Positions 8,380 through 16,795 are shown, counted from the first letter of the stretch. The stretch: 47,498 bases of DNA from Vermiphilus sp. (GCA_020722805.1 DYKA01000002.1:1-47498), one strand, 5' to 3'. Numbers and translations are program-made. Notes: a model not told the origin generated them from the sequence alone.

Positions 8380-8917
8380 ATGCTTCCTTAATCTTTGTTG
8401 AAAAAACAAGATATGAACCCTCATCAAAAAGAACAAACCTTATCTTCTTGATGGACCTTAATTCAGGAATTGTTTCTATCACTGCTTTTATTGAAACTTC
8501 TGCTGCCTCTTCAACAGGATAACCGAAGATTCCTGTTGAAATTGCGGGAAATGCAATTGATTTCAGGCCCTTACTGTCCGCAAGAGTTAAGGAGTTTTTG
8601 AAGCATGCGGCAAGTTTCTCTTCTGGTTGTTCTTCTTCTGAATACACAGGCCCGACAGTATGGATAATATGCGGATTGGGTAGATTATAACCACCTGTCA
8701 TAACTGCCTGACCCGTATTGATAGGTGCGTATTTTTTGCATTCTTGATAAAGTAGGGGCCCTGCTTTTCTATGAATTGCTCCAGCAACACCACCTCCTGG
8801 AGCAAGATGTTTATTCGCTGCATTAACAATAACATCTATGTCTGGCTGTGATGTGATATCTCCTTTAATGCATTCTATCTGAACATCTCTTACTGATACC
8901 TTGAAGAATTTCTCCAT
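8357..8917 (-). CDS. macro domain protein (ADP-ribose / O-acetyl-ADP-ribose binding or hydrolase, YmdB-like)
   Basis: Macro-domain motifs are present: IKGDITSQPDIDVIVNAANKHLAPGGGVAGAIHRKAG, IIHTVGP, IAFPAISTGIFGYP. The preferred start is MEKFFKV at 8917. Confidence 0.85.
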   Translation of the reverse strand: MEKFFKVSVRDVQIECIKGDITSQPDIDVIVNAANKHLAPGGGVAGAIHRKAGPLLYQECKKYAPINTGQAVMTGGYNLPNPHIIHTVGPVYSEEEQPEEKLAACFKNSLTLADSKGLKSIAFPAISTGIFGYPVEEAAEVSIKAVIETIPELRSIKKIRFVLFDEGSYLVFSTKIKEAYERESRT

Positions 8918-9583
8918 ATTGCAGACCCTCCTGAACAAACAGAACAATTTACATTTCCTGTCAGAAATTCACTGTAATATTATAATGATTGATGAATATT
9001 TGACAATTCCTGCAGTCAATCCATATAATTATCTATATTTAACAAACAGGAGTACATTGAAAAGAATAATAATTCTGTTTCTGTTTGTTTCCACAAATTG
9101 TGTTATGGCACAGAAAAATATCCTTTATTGTATGGACCCGCATACCCATGAACCTTTCAGAAAAGCAACTGGAGTGGAATGATATGTGGAAAAACTCTAA
9201 AAAATGCAGGGTGTGCAGGCAGAATATAAGAGGATTGATCACAGAACAATAGAAATTCCTGTTATTTCGTCTCTAACTGTTATCGGAGGAATCAAATGAA
9301 ATTCTTTCAGGAAAAAATCTACCAGTTTACCTGGTGTACCAGTGGTGCAGGTCCACTGTGGTGTATGGGCTCCTCATGTATAGCAGAAACCAGCGGCAAG
9401 GTCTTTGTAAGTGGATGGGATGCAGTACCTGGTGCTCTACCACTCAACTGAGCCAGGTGGTTACTTTTTGAAAGGCAACTTTCTGGATGGAAAGAAATCA
9501 GACGGGATACTGAAAGGACGAGGGAACCTTCACCAATATGCGTTTTTGATGATGGAAGGTTATTTGTTTCAACAAATCCATCT

Positions 9584-10621
9584 ATGCTTGAACAGGAAGC
9601 AGAAGGAGGGGTATGCCTTCCTATGATTTACGAATTCCAGCATCCCGGAAATTCTGAACCTGTTAAAAAATCAGTCCCTATTTTCAGCGAACCGGTGGTC
9701 TTTAATGAACACTCTTACAGAAATTTTTCTGCTGACAGGGAGAACTCCGAACTCATACTTTTTCACAACAGGGACTACGACAGAGCATACTGGTCTTTTT
9801 TTGATAGAATCGGCAGATGGTCTCACTGTGGCAAACTATACTGGCCATGGGGTTATGACTATACAAAACCGCAGAGGATACGTCTCTGTTACAATAACGT
9901 GCAGTTGAAAGACAGAGCAGTTTATGTTTTCGGTACAAGTGATATCCCTGAACCAAACCATGAATGGAGACAATACAAGAAAAAAATAACCGGTAAGGAA
10001 TGGGATTTTGATTTCAGGCGAGTATTTTTTTCATTCACGTCAGACATTACAAAAGAACCATTCAGATACTGGATTGAGATTTCAGGAAGGGAAAAAACAG
10101 CGGGCAATGCAAGAAACTGCGATCTATTTGTTGATGATAAGGGTATTGTCCATTTGCTCTGGATGGAAAAGAGTTGTGATGAAAGATTGAGAGAAAAGTT
10201 TTTTCCTGATGAACCGCTGGTTTATTCCCTGAGATATGCCAGATTAAAAAACCAGAAGATTCTTGACCGAAAGGAAATTTTCTCTTTTTCAGAAGGCACA
10301 AAATTTCCTTCAGGTATCACGAACCTCAATCTATGCTGGGGAAAGTTTTTTGTTAGCGGAGCAGGAAGAATTTTCATTTTTTGTGTTGTTTCCGGAACGG
10401 ATGACAGTAAAAAAATAATTGCTGAGAACTGGCTGATTGAACTTGATGAATGTGGAAATGTTAAATCAAAACGGCCGGTTGATTTCAAGAAGCCGTTTAC
10501 TTTTGTTCATACAGCAGGTATCCGGAATGGAACAAAACCATCGGGCATCCTCCACATTTACGGTAATACTGCGGGGACAGACAATGAAATGTGGTACGGT
10601 TGCATTGACTGTCAGGGTTGA
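9584..10621 (+). CDS. hypothetical protein (beta-rich, family not recognised); probably the downstream part of an interrupted 9296..10621 gene
   Basis: The tracked ORF starts at ATG 9584. The same frame is open upstream to ATG 9296, which is preceded by GGAGGA (9285-9290). The only interruption is TGA 9449-9451. Confidence 0.55.
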   Translation: MLEQEAEGGVCLPMIYEFQHPGNSEPVKKSVPIFSEPVVFNEHSYRNFSADRENSELILFHNRDYDRAYWSFFDRIGRWSHCGKLYWPWGYDYTKPQRIRLCYNNVQLKDRAVYVFGTSDIPEPNHEWRQYKKKITGKEWDFDFRRVFFSFTSDITKEPFRYWIEISGREKTAGNARNCDLFVDDKGIVHLLWMEKSCDERLREKFFPDEPLVYSLRYARLKNQKILDRKEIFSFSEGTKFPSGITNLNLCWGKFFVSGAGRIFIFCVVSGTDDSKKIIAENWLIELDECGNVKSKRPVDFKKPFTFVHTAGIRNGTKPSGILHIYGNTAGTDNEMWYGCIDCQG

Positions 10622-11187
10622 CCGGGTTGCTGCTGAAACTGTATTGAAATCACTTCTGAACCCGCAGGATAAAGGTCTCCGATAATTTCATGGACAAGGC
10701 CCCATGAAAGTGCCTGCTCAGGATTTAGAGCAGTTCTTTCAAGCATGGCAGAAATGATTTCTTCGGTTTTCTTATTTGTGTTTGCGGCTATAACCTTTGC
10801 GATATTCTCTATATCCATACGCAGGCCCTTAAGTCGTTCCTCAAGCTGTTTTTCCTCAAGGCCTTCGTTATGTCTGAAAGCAACACTTACTCCATGAAGC
10901 AGGAAACGAGCCTGTGGAACAGAAAGCCGCCTGCTGCCAGCACAGAAGATAACAACACCAATTGAATCAACACTGCCGAAATTGTGGGTTGTAATTTCTG
11001 CCGGAATCCCTTTCAGATAATTATACGCACTCAAGCCGTGAAACACAGAACCGCCTGGCGAGGAAAGAAGAATTGTGAACCTTGATATGCCCTGTTTCAT
11101 TTTCTGGTCAACAGCATTCATCAGAGCATTAATGCTTGCATCCATCACAGGAGCAAAGAATTTTATGACTGTATTTCTTTTTTCCAT
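10612..11187 (-). CDS. ClpP-fold serine protease-like protein (peptidase S14-like)
   Basis: ClpP-fold pattern: LLSSPGGSV, nucleophile region GSVDSIGVVIFCAG, LLHG. The preferred start is ATG 11187 (MEKRNTV). The tracked ORF begins at GTG 11274. Confidence 0.65.
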   Translation of the reverse strand: MEKRNTVIKFFAPVMDASINALMNAVDQKMKQGISRFTILLSSPGGSVFHGLSAYNYLKGIPAEITTHNFGSVDSIGVVIFCAGSRRLSVPQARFLLHGVSVAFRHNEGLEEKQLEERLKGLRMDIENIAKVIAANTNKKTEEIISAMLERTALNPEQALSWGLVHEIIGDLYPAGSEVISIQFQQQPGQP

Positions 11188-11270
11188 ATTTTTCCTATCT
11201 GTTAAATTTAAGAACTCTTTTTCTATAGTGCAGGTAGTTTTCAAAAGGCACTTCTTCCGGGACGCCATGG

Positions 11271-12281
11271 TCACAGATTGGGATGTATCCTCCGCGTTTG
11301 TACATAACAGTCAATTTCATTTATTGTTTTTGCAAGAATTCGTTTATCTATACCTCCAAAGATTGCAATGTCAGGGAATTCTATTCCATATTTTACTGCA
11401 TTACATCCAGAAGCAACCTCAAAAGGACTCATTACATCCATTTCAAGTTTCCTGTAAATGGGTATTACGGAAACAGCAAACCCATCTGTATCAAGATGAA
11501 AATAAAGATGTCTGCCTGCTGATTTCTGACGCGCTTTAATGTTTGTGATTAATTGTTGATAGTATGGAAAAAGAAATTCTTCAATCATTTTCGGAGAGAT
11601 TAATGGTCCATGATTATAGCAGATGTCTTCTCCAAAAAAGAGTTCATCAATTACGATATGTTTCTGATGAATCGCCGTAATTCTATCTGCAAGTTCAAGC
11701 CATGATTTCATACAATCATGGATTATATCTGGATGGTCATAAAAGAACAAAGGAAGTTCTAAAGGACCAATTAAACACCTTAGATACATATATCCACCGA
11801 TGACTCTTTCTGTTATAATCATACCCTTTTCTTGTGCTTTAAGAACTTCCGGAAGTATTTTTTGAAATTTTTTAATTCTTTCTTCAGCATCTGGATTAAG
11901 TCGCCATTTGACATTTTCAATCCATGTTTTCCAGTCTTTTACAGGATGTGAAACATACTCTGGCATAAAGCCGTTTCTCCTTCCTTTGAAAAATAATACG
12001 TGTCTTCCACTTTCATCCTGGACAAGGTCATAATTGTCTCTGTTTTCAATCACTTTATTCTCAAAAGATGGCTCAAAAGATGGAAGTGTCCAACCAAGTT
12101 GACCAATGTCATAGTTACCTTGCGGATCAAAACCAAACAATTCATCAAGATTAGTGTTTTCATCAATGTATCCCTGCTGTTTCCATTTTTCAAGGCAATA
12201 AAAACCGAATTCTCTTTGAAAAAATGGAGCGTAAGGTTTTTTCTCATAAATCGCCCGCAACTTTTTTGCACTTTCAATCAT
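11271..12281 (-). CDS. uroporphyrinogen decarboxylase (URO-D) family protein, 3-prime end frameshifted
   Basis: URO-D-like pattern: FFGEDICYNHGPLISPKMIEEF, HLDTDG, MSPFEVASGCN, FGGIDKRILAK. The family-typical C-terminus (GGYIPICDHGVPEEVPFENY) is encoded only in another frame, ending at 11195. Confidence 0.7.
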   Translation of the reverse strand: MIESAKKLRAIYEKKPYAPFFQREFGFYCLEKWKQQGYIDENTNLDELFGFDPQGNYDIGQLGWTLPSFEPSFENKVIENRDNYDLVQDESGRHVLFFKGRRNGFMPEYVSHPVKDWKTWIENVKWRLNPDAEERIKKFQKILPEVLKAQEKGMIITERVIGGYMYLRCLIGPLELPLFFYDHPDIIHDCMKSWLELADRITAIHQKHIVIDELFFGEDICYNHGPLISPKMIEEFLFPYYQQLITNIKARQKSAGRHLYFHLDTDGFAVSVIPIYRKLEMDVMSPFEVASGCNAVKYGIEFPDIAIFGGIDKRILAKTINEIDCYVQTRRIHPNL

Positions 12282-13207
12282 TCTGTTTCCTTCTTATGTT
12301 TTTGAAAAAAGTCCCATATCACATCAGATGCTTTGATATCTCTGTTTGTTTTGCCAATGACTCTTTCTGGTAGATACTGAATTCCACCCGGCCAAGTGTG
12401 TCCGCCTCCTTCAATTTTATACAGAACAACCTCAACATTATTCAAGGGATTTTTATATAACTCAACCATTACAGTTGAACCATCATGTTTTGTTCTATCA
12501 GGTATAATAGTTTTCAAAACCTTTTCATTGCAACCATTTGCCTTAATCCAGAACCGAACTGTCTCATCAGTTGAAAGAACCCTTCCCCTTTCCCTGCCAA
12601 ATGCTCTTATGCTGCCGCCGTTGTAAGGAACAAGCGGGTCATCTGTTCCGTTCATAATCAAAACTGACACAGGTGTTTTTGGTTTTTCCTGTTTTAATCT
12701 TTCCGGAAGATTTCCTGCAACTGCTGCAATGGCAGCAAATCTGTCTGACAGGCGGCAGGCAAGTGTAAATGACATCATTGCACCATTTGATATACCCGCA
12801 GCATAAATTCTTGCAGTGTCAATCCTGTACTCATTTGAAATCTGCTCAATCATCACTCTGAAGAACCTGACATCATCAATACTTGATGAAAGAAAGTTCC
12901 TTGCATCATTCCAGTTCCTCATATAGGCATCAGGATACACAGCAATAAAACCATTTTTCTCACAAACTTTCCCAAAACCAGTAAAATTAAGCATCCTTTC
13001 TCCTGTTCCACCGCCGCCGTGAAGAACAAAAAGCAAAGGAACAGGTCTTTTTCCATCATAGGAATCAGGTATCTGTAGTCGGTATACTCGCGTCAAACCG
13101 TCAAGTTTGATTTCCTTTCTGACAACATTAAAACCAGCATTACAAAAAGTATTCTTCAGGGAAAATAGGCACAGTGCAGCAGCAAACAGAAAGAATTTTT
13201 TCTTCAT
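12278..13207 (-). CDS. secreted alpha/beta-hydrolase esterase (PHB depolymerase / LpqC-type family)
   Basis: A signal peptide MKKKFFLFAAALCLFSL is present. Other features are PLLFVLHGGGGTG, the nucleophile elbow GISNGAMM, and DDPLVPY. The gene overlaps the downstream URO-D-like start by 4 bp. Confidence 0.75.
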   Translation of the reverse strand: MKKKFFLFAAALCLFSLKNTFCNAGFNVVRKEIKLDGLTRVYRLQIPDSYDGKRPVPLLFVLHGGGGTGERMLNFTGFGKVCEKNGFIAVYPDAYMRNWNDARNFLSSSIDDVRFFRVMIEQISNEYRIDTARIYAAGISNGAMMSFTLACRLSDRFAAIAAVAGNLPERLKQEKPKTPVSVLIMNGTDDPLVPYNGGSIRAFGRERGRVLSTDETVRFWIKANGCNEKVLKTIIPDRTKHDGSTVMVELYKNPLNNVEVVLYKIEGGGHTWPGGIQYLPERVIGKTNRDIKASDVIWDFFQKHKKETE

Positions 13208-13208
13208 A

Positions 13209-14291
13209 TCAATAATTATGCGTCAGATGTTTTTCAGCATCAAAAATCCTCTTTATTCTCTCATAATTCTCCCTGAACTTTTCGTATTCTTTTAATCTGA
13301 AATCAGGGTCTTCAAATATCTGATACAAAATACCACCTTCGCACTGCGCAGGAACTGGCAGATTAAGAGCATAACATATTGTTGGAACAATATCAGTAAG
13401 CCACACAGTTCTTTCAAGTTTCATGCCCTTTTTTATTCCAGGTCCTTTTGCAATAAATAGTCCTTTCAATGAGCCAATGTTATATTCGCCTGTTGTGATC
13501 TGCCTTCCATGTTCTCCACCTATTTCGGGATAAAGTCCATAAACAATGTCCCCTATTTTTTCTCCGTAAAGTCCTATAATCCTTGCGTCTTCCTTTTTCA
13601 GAACAAAAACAGCCGGCTTTCTGCCTGTCAGGGGGTCTGTGTAATCGTAGATTGCCTTAATTATCTCATTTCTCAGATTTTCATATTCGCTGTCATCAAC
13701 AATTCCATGTGGATACCTGCTTTTGAGATTTATGAAAACATAGCATGAAAGAATCGCTGCTGCCTTTGTCTTTGTCCAGTCAATGTCCTTAACTCCAGTA
13801 ACTGGATCCTGGACTATCCTGCACAATCCCATCTTTTCCAGTATCGCATTAACACCAAAAATCTTATATTCAGGATGCTTGATATTCTCAGTGGGGGTAG
13901 CGCCGTGGTCGGATGTAACAATGACCATCGTTCTGTTTTCGTCAATGACCGAGAGAATGTTGCCCAGCATTCTGTCAAGAGAATTGTAAAACTTCCTTTC
14001 AGCATTTTCTATGGCCGGATCAGTTTCTATGTCATTTATGTAACCGTGGTAAAAGTGGTCAGGGCAGTGCGCATGCATGAAAAATAAAGACCATTCCTTG
14101 TTTTTAATCAAGTACCGCGCTGCTTCTCCGAGCCATGTGTTCTGCATGTCAATCAATTCTGAAAGAGTTTCCATATCAATCCAGCCTGCAAGTGCAGAAT
14201 AAAAAAAAGAATTTGGAACTGGCAGTCCATCCAGTTTTTCAAGTTCCTTTTCAATACCCCGGGGAAAACCCCACCCACTCTGTGAACACAA
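13209..14291 (-). CDS. alkaline-phosphatase-superfamily phosphodiesterase/nucleotide pyrophosphatase-like protein, C-terminal fragment of a frameshifted gene
   Basis: Metal-ligand motifs are present: HAHCPDHFYH, VIVTSDHGATP, GGEHG. There is no independent start context. The frame is open upstream to about 14475 and continues the 14344..15159 ORF. Confidence 0.75.
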   Translation of the reverse strand: MCSQSGWGFPRGIEKELEKLDGLPVPNSFFYSALAGWIDMETLSELIDMQNTWLGEAARYLIKNKEWSLFFMHAHCPDHFYHGYINDIETDPAIENAERKFYNSLDRMLGNILSVIDENRTMVIVTSDHGATPTENIKHPEYKIFGVNAILEKMGLCRIVQDPVTGVKDIDWTKTKAAAILSCYVFINLKSRYPHGIVDDSEYENLRNEIIKAIYDYTDPLTGRKPAVFVLKKEDARIIGLYGEKIGDIVYGLYPEIGGEHGRQITTGEYNIGSLKGLFIAKGPGIKKGMKLERTVWLTDIVPTICYALNLPVPAQCEGGILYQIFEDPDFRLKEYEKFRENYERIKRIFDAEKHLTHNY

Positions 14292-14343
14292 CGCAGTGAA
14301 GTAAATTCTGACATCCCTGCCATCAGAAGTCAGTTTCAGAAGC

Positions 14344-15159
14344 TTAATTCTGAAAACAACGTTTTTTTCTCCTGCTTTTGTTTTTATTCTCGTATAGATT
14401 TTTTCGCTCCATTGATTTTGTCTTAAAATACAAAGTGCCTTTTCGCCGTTTTTTCTTTGTAGATACCGATTCTATCAAAGCCGTTTTCATTCCCATCAGT
14501 AAAATATACCATTCGGGCTCCTGCGCCTCTTCTATATCAACATCCGCATATACTGAGTATCTCAAAATAATCTTTATCTTTGCCTGCCTAATTGATTTAC
14601 ATTCAGGAAGATTATTCCAGCCGTCAACATCTTCAAACCGAACAGGGAAAACGCCTGGTAATTCTTCTGTTGCATAACAAAAATCAGCACCGACATCGCA
14701 CCTGTATGCCCATTTTTTGAACTTGAAGATCCTATATTCATTAATTGCAAGGCCTGCTCCGCCAAGTTGAATTCCATTTCTTACTGCATCTGGCCATGTG
14801 CTCGGATAATTAAGAACAATCGCCTTTTTCCCTGCTCTTGCAGCGGCATTCCAGACATATTCTGCCTGACAGTCATCCTTAAAAAATGCTTGATATGACC
14901 TGTCCAATCTTTCTTTTTCAAGCATGTTAAAACATATAATCTGATGTGTTCCAGGCCAGGCGCCTGTGGCTATGGTTGTCCAGTTTGGCGGTGTGATGGT
15001 TGGATGGGGCACAAGACAGTTTTCTGCCCAGACACCCTGCTCAATTAATTTCCTTGTATTTGGCATCTGTCCTTCATCTACATATTTCTGTATTCTTTTG
15101 ATAATCGGTGCATCCCATCCAATTACAATACACTTTTCACTATCCATTTCTGCCTCCAT
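14344..15159 (-). CDS. alkaline-phosphatase-superfamily phosphodiesterase, N-terminal fragment of the same frameshifted gene
   Basis: N-terminal core: VIGWDAP, PHPTITPPNWTTIATG. The last ~55 aa (MGMKTALIESVSTKKKRRKG...) are Lys/Arg-rich and look out of frame. Confidence 0.75.
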   Translation of the reverse strand: MEAEMDSEKCIVIGWDAPIIKRIQKYVDEGQMPNTRKLIEQGVWAENCLVPHPTITPPNWTTIATGAWPGTHQIICFNMLEKERLDRSYQAFFKDDCQAEYVWNAAARAGKKAIVLNYPSTWPDAVRNGIQLGGAGLAINEYRIFKFKKWAYRCDVGADFCYATEELPGVFPVRFEDVDGWNNLPECKSIRQAKIKIILRYSVYADVDIEEAQEPEWYILLMGMKTALIESVSTKKKRRKGTLYFKTKSMERKNLYENKNKSRRKKRCFQN

Positions 15160-15234
15160 TGGTTAAATCAAGGAACTGATGTCTTGCAAATGCGGCTGAA
15201 CTTAGTTTAAGATATATTCCAGCATTGTCAAATC

Positions 15235-15465
15235 AAGATGCAGTATGCTGAATCGGATTCAGAATATCGCGGCCGATCTCAATAAGGTCAGGAATGAAAA
15301 TTTTTTACCATGTTTTCTCAGGATTTCCTTCTCAATGGAAACAGAAAAATAATCAGCCATCCTTTTGATTGTCGTAAAAGTTGCCCTCCAGTCACGTGGG
15401 CACCTGTTGGTATCAAGATGTTTAACAGATCTCAGATTTCTTTGTTTTGAATCCGCATATCCCCT
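15235..15465 (-). pseudogene. possible relic of a second URO-D-family gene
   Basis: Minus-strand translation gives MADYFSVSIEKEILRKHGKK. After a frame change it gives FIPDLIEIGRDILNPIQHTAS*. The IPDLIE.G.DILNP.Q string is typical of URO-D-family enzymes. There is no start and no N-terminal half, and a stop follows. Confidence 0.25.
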
Positions 15466-15467
15466 TG

Positions 15468-16229
15468 CTACCTTGAAAAAAATTTATACAAAAAGTATAT
15501 GGCAGAAGGAACAAACAACACACTGAAGAAAACAAATGACATGAAAAATCCTGCATTTTTCATGAACCAGACAATAATGGAAACAACAACAAGCATAGCG
15601 ATAAAAGAAAAAATATCCCTTTTCAGGGTTCCGCCGGCCTGAGAAAGTTCTTTTTTCAACGTTTTCAACGATGGCCTTGACGCACCGCAGTATTTACACT
15701 GCTGCCATTTTCCGGAATTTGTCATACTGCACTCCGGGCATATCCAGAGTTTCTTTTGCATGATAAGCATTTCCTTCCTTGCGGCATCTATTTTTTTTTC
15801 AATTTCAGGGTTTTCCCTGATTGACCTTGCTTTTCTATACCACAGGTCGGCATTTTTAAAGTCAGCCTTTGAAAAATAGATGTCTCCGATCCTTTCAAAG
15901 GATGAACTACTATTTATCCCTGCTGTCTTCATAATCTCATCCTTCAAAATTTTTTCTTCATACCTGATTTCTGAAATTGCGTGCAGCTGCTTGATAAGCA
16001 AGTAAAACAGCAAAGGCAAAACAGGGAGCAAAAGCACAGGTTTTATTCTGATGGTTCCTGCTATGGAAAATAAGCCGAGCAACAGACAGAATACCACTAC
16101 AAGTTCCAGCAGCAAAAACTCTGCAAAAGATACATGTTCATCACCCGGATATACAAACCATATCCACCATCCCTCAACCGCAATTATAGTAATGATAAAA
16201 ATCTGTAATATTACCGAAAGTTCATTCAT
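15468..16229 (-). CDS. membrane protein with cytoplasmic helical repeat and zinc ribbon
   Basis: About 3 N-terminal and 2 C-terminal hydrophobic helices are predicted by eye. The central segment carries CPECSMTNSGKWQQCKYC (CxxC-x11-CxxC). It is the last gene of the ABC/DUF1854/DUF3109 operon, with a 15-nt gap. Confidence 0.6.
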   Translation of the reverse strand: MNELSVILQIFIITIIAVEGWWIWFVYPGDEHVSFAEFLLLELVVVFCLLLGLFSIAGTIRIKPVLLLPVLPLLFYLLIKQLHAISEIRYEEKILKDEIMKTAGINSSSSFERIGDIYFSKADFKNADLWYRKARSIRENPEIEKKIDAARKEMLIMQKKLWICPECSMTNSGKWQQCKYCGASRPSLKTLKKELSQAGGTLKRDIFSFIAMLVVVSIIVWFMKNAGFFMSFVFFSVLFVPSAIYFLYKFFSR

Positions 16230-16244
16230 ATACGACGTTGTCCT

Positions 16245-16793
16245 TTATTTCTGTGAAATTTTTCTCAGTTTTTCAACAAAATCAACACCATACTTTTTTT
16301 GCAGTGCATCTGAAACAAACTCAAAAAGCAAGGGTGCATTTTCAGAATTGTCGCTTCTACATATATCCCAGTGTTCATAGATAAGGCCCTCAAAAATTCC
16401 AAATTTTCTTATTCTGATAGGGTATAACTGGCAGGATAAAGGTTTTCTGAATGCAATCTTCTTATCCTTCCATGCAAGTTCAATTCCACAAAGAATGATT
16501 CCATCTTGCTCAACAGCATACACACAAAAACCATCATCGCAGAGAGAAATTTCATAGCCGCCCCAGATACTTCTTTTCCAGAAGCCTTCCCTCTTTATTT
16601 TGCTGACAGATTCTTTTTTAAGATAGGAAAGTATTTCCTCCAGAGAGGATTGCAAAATGCCAATCTCATCATATTCTATTGCTGCGCCGCAATCTCCTTC
16701 ACAGCAACACATCCCCCTGCATTCAGAAAGATTGCAGGAAAATCTAACTGTGATAATTTCTGAACTGACAAGAACCTTGTTGAGTAAAAACAT
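16245..16793 (-). CDS. DUF3109 family Cys-rich protein
   Basis: FSCNLSECRGMCCCEGDCGAAIEYDEI and KPLSCQLYPIRI match my recollection of the DUF3109 signature (CC.L..CKG.CC.EGD.GAP, KP.SCHLYPIR). Confidence 0.7.
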   Translation of the reverse strand: MFLLNKVLVSSEIITVRFSCNLSECRGMCCCEGDCGAAIEYDEIGILQSSLEEILSYLKKESVSKIKREGFWKRSIWGGYEISLCDDGFCVYAVEQDGIILCGIELAWKDKKIAFRKPLSCQLYPIRIRKFGIFEGLIYEHWDICRSDNSENAPLLFEFVSDALQKKYGVDFVEKLRKISQK

Positions 16794-16795
16794 TT

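Noticed and set aside
7705-8391. 228-aa plus-strand ORF opposite the nucleoside hydrolase gene
   Set aside because: It is an antisense shadow ORF. The opposite strand carries the diagnostic DTDIGSDIDD motif. The peptide is Phe/Cys/Lys-rich with no recognisable features.
9100-9252. Small overlapping ORFs with Cys pairs (MAQKNILYCMDPHTHEPFRKATGVE; MNLSEKQLEWNDMWKNSKKCRVCRQNIRGLITEQ)
   Set aside because: They are 25-35 codons long, have no Shine-Dalgarno sequence and show no family resemblance. They lie in the promoter region of the 9296 gene. The evidence is insufficient.
9449-9451. In-frame TGA as selenocysteine or reassigned codon
   Set aside because: TGA is used as an ordinary stop elsewhere in the window (for example 141-143, 2117-2119, 27394-27396), so the code is not reassigned. 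I could draw only a weak, bulged hairpin (CCAG...CTGG) downstream, and no Sec machinery is in the window. A nonsense mutation or a base-call error is more likely.
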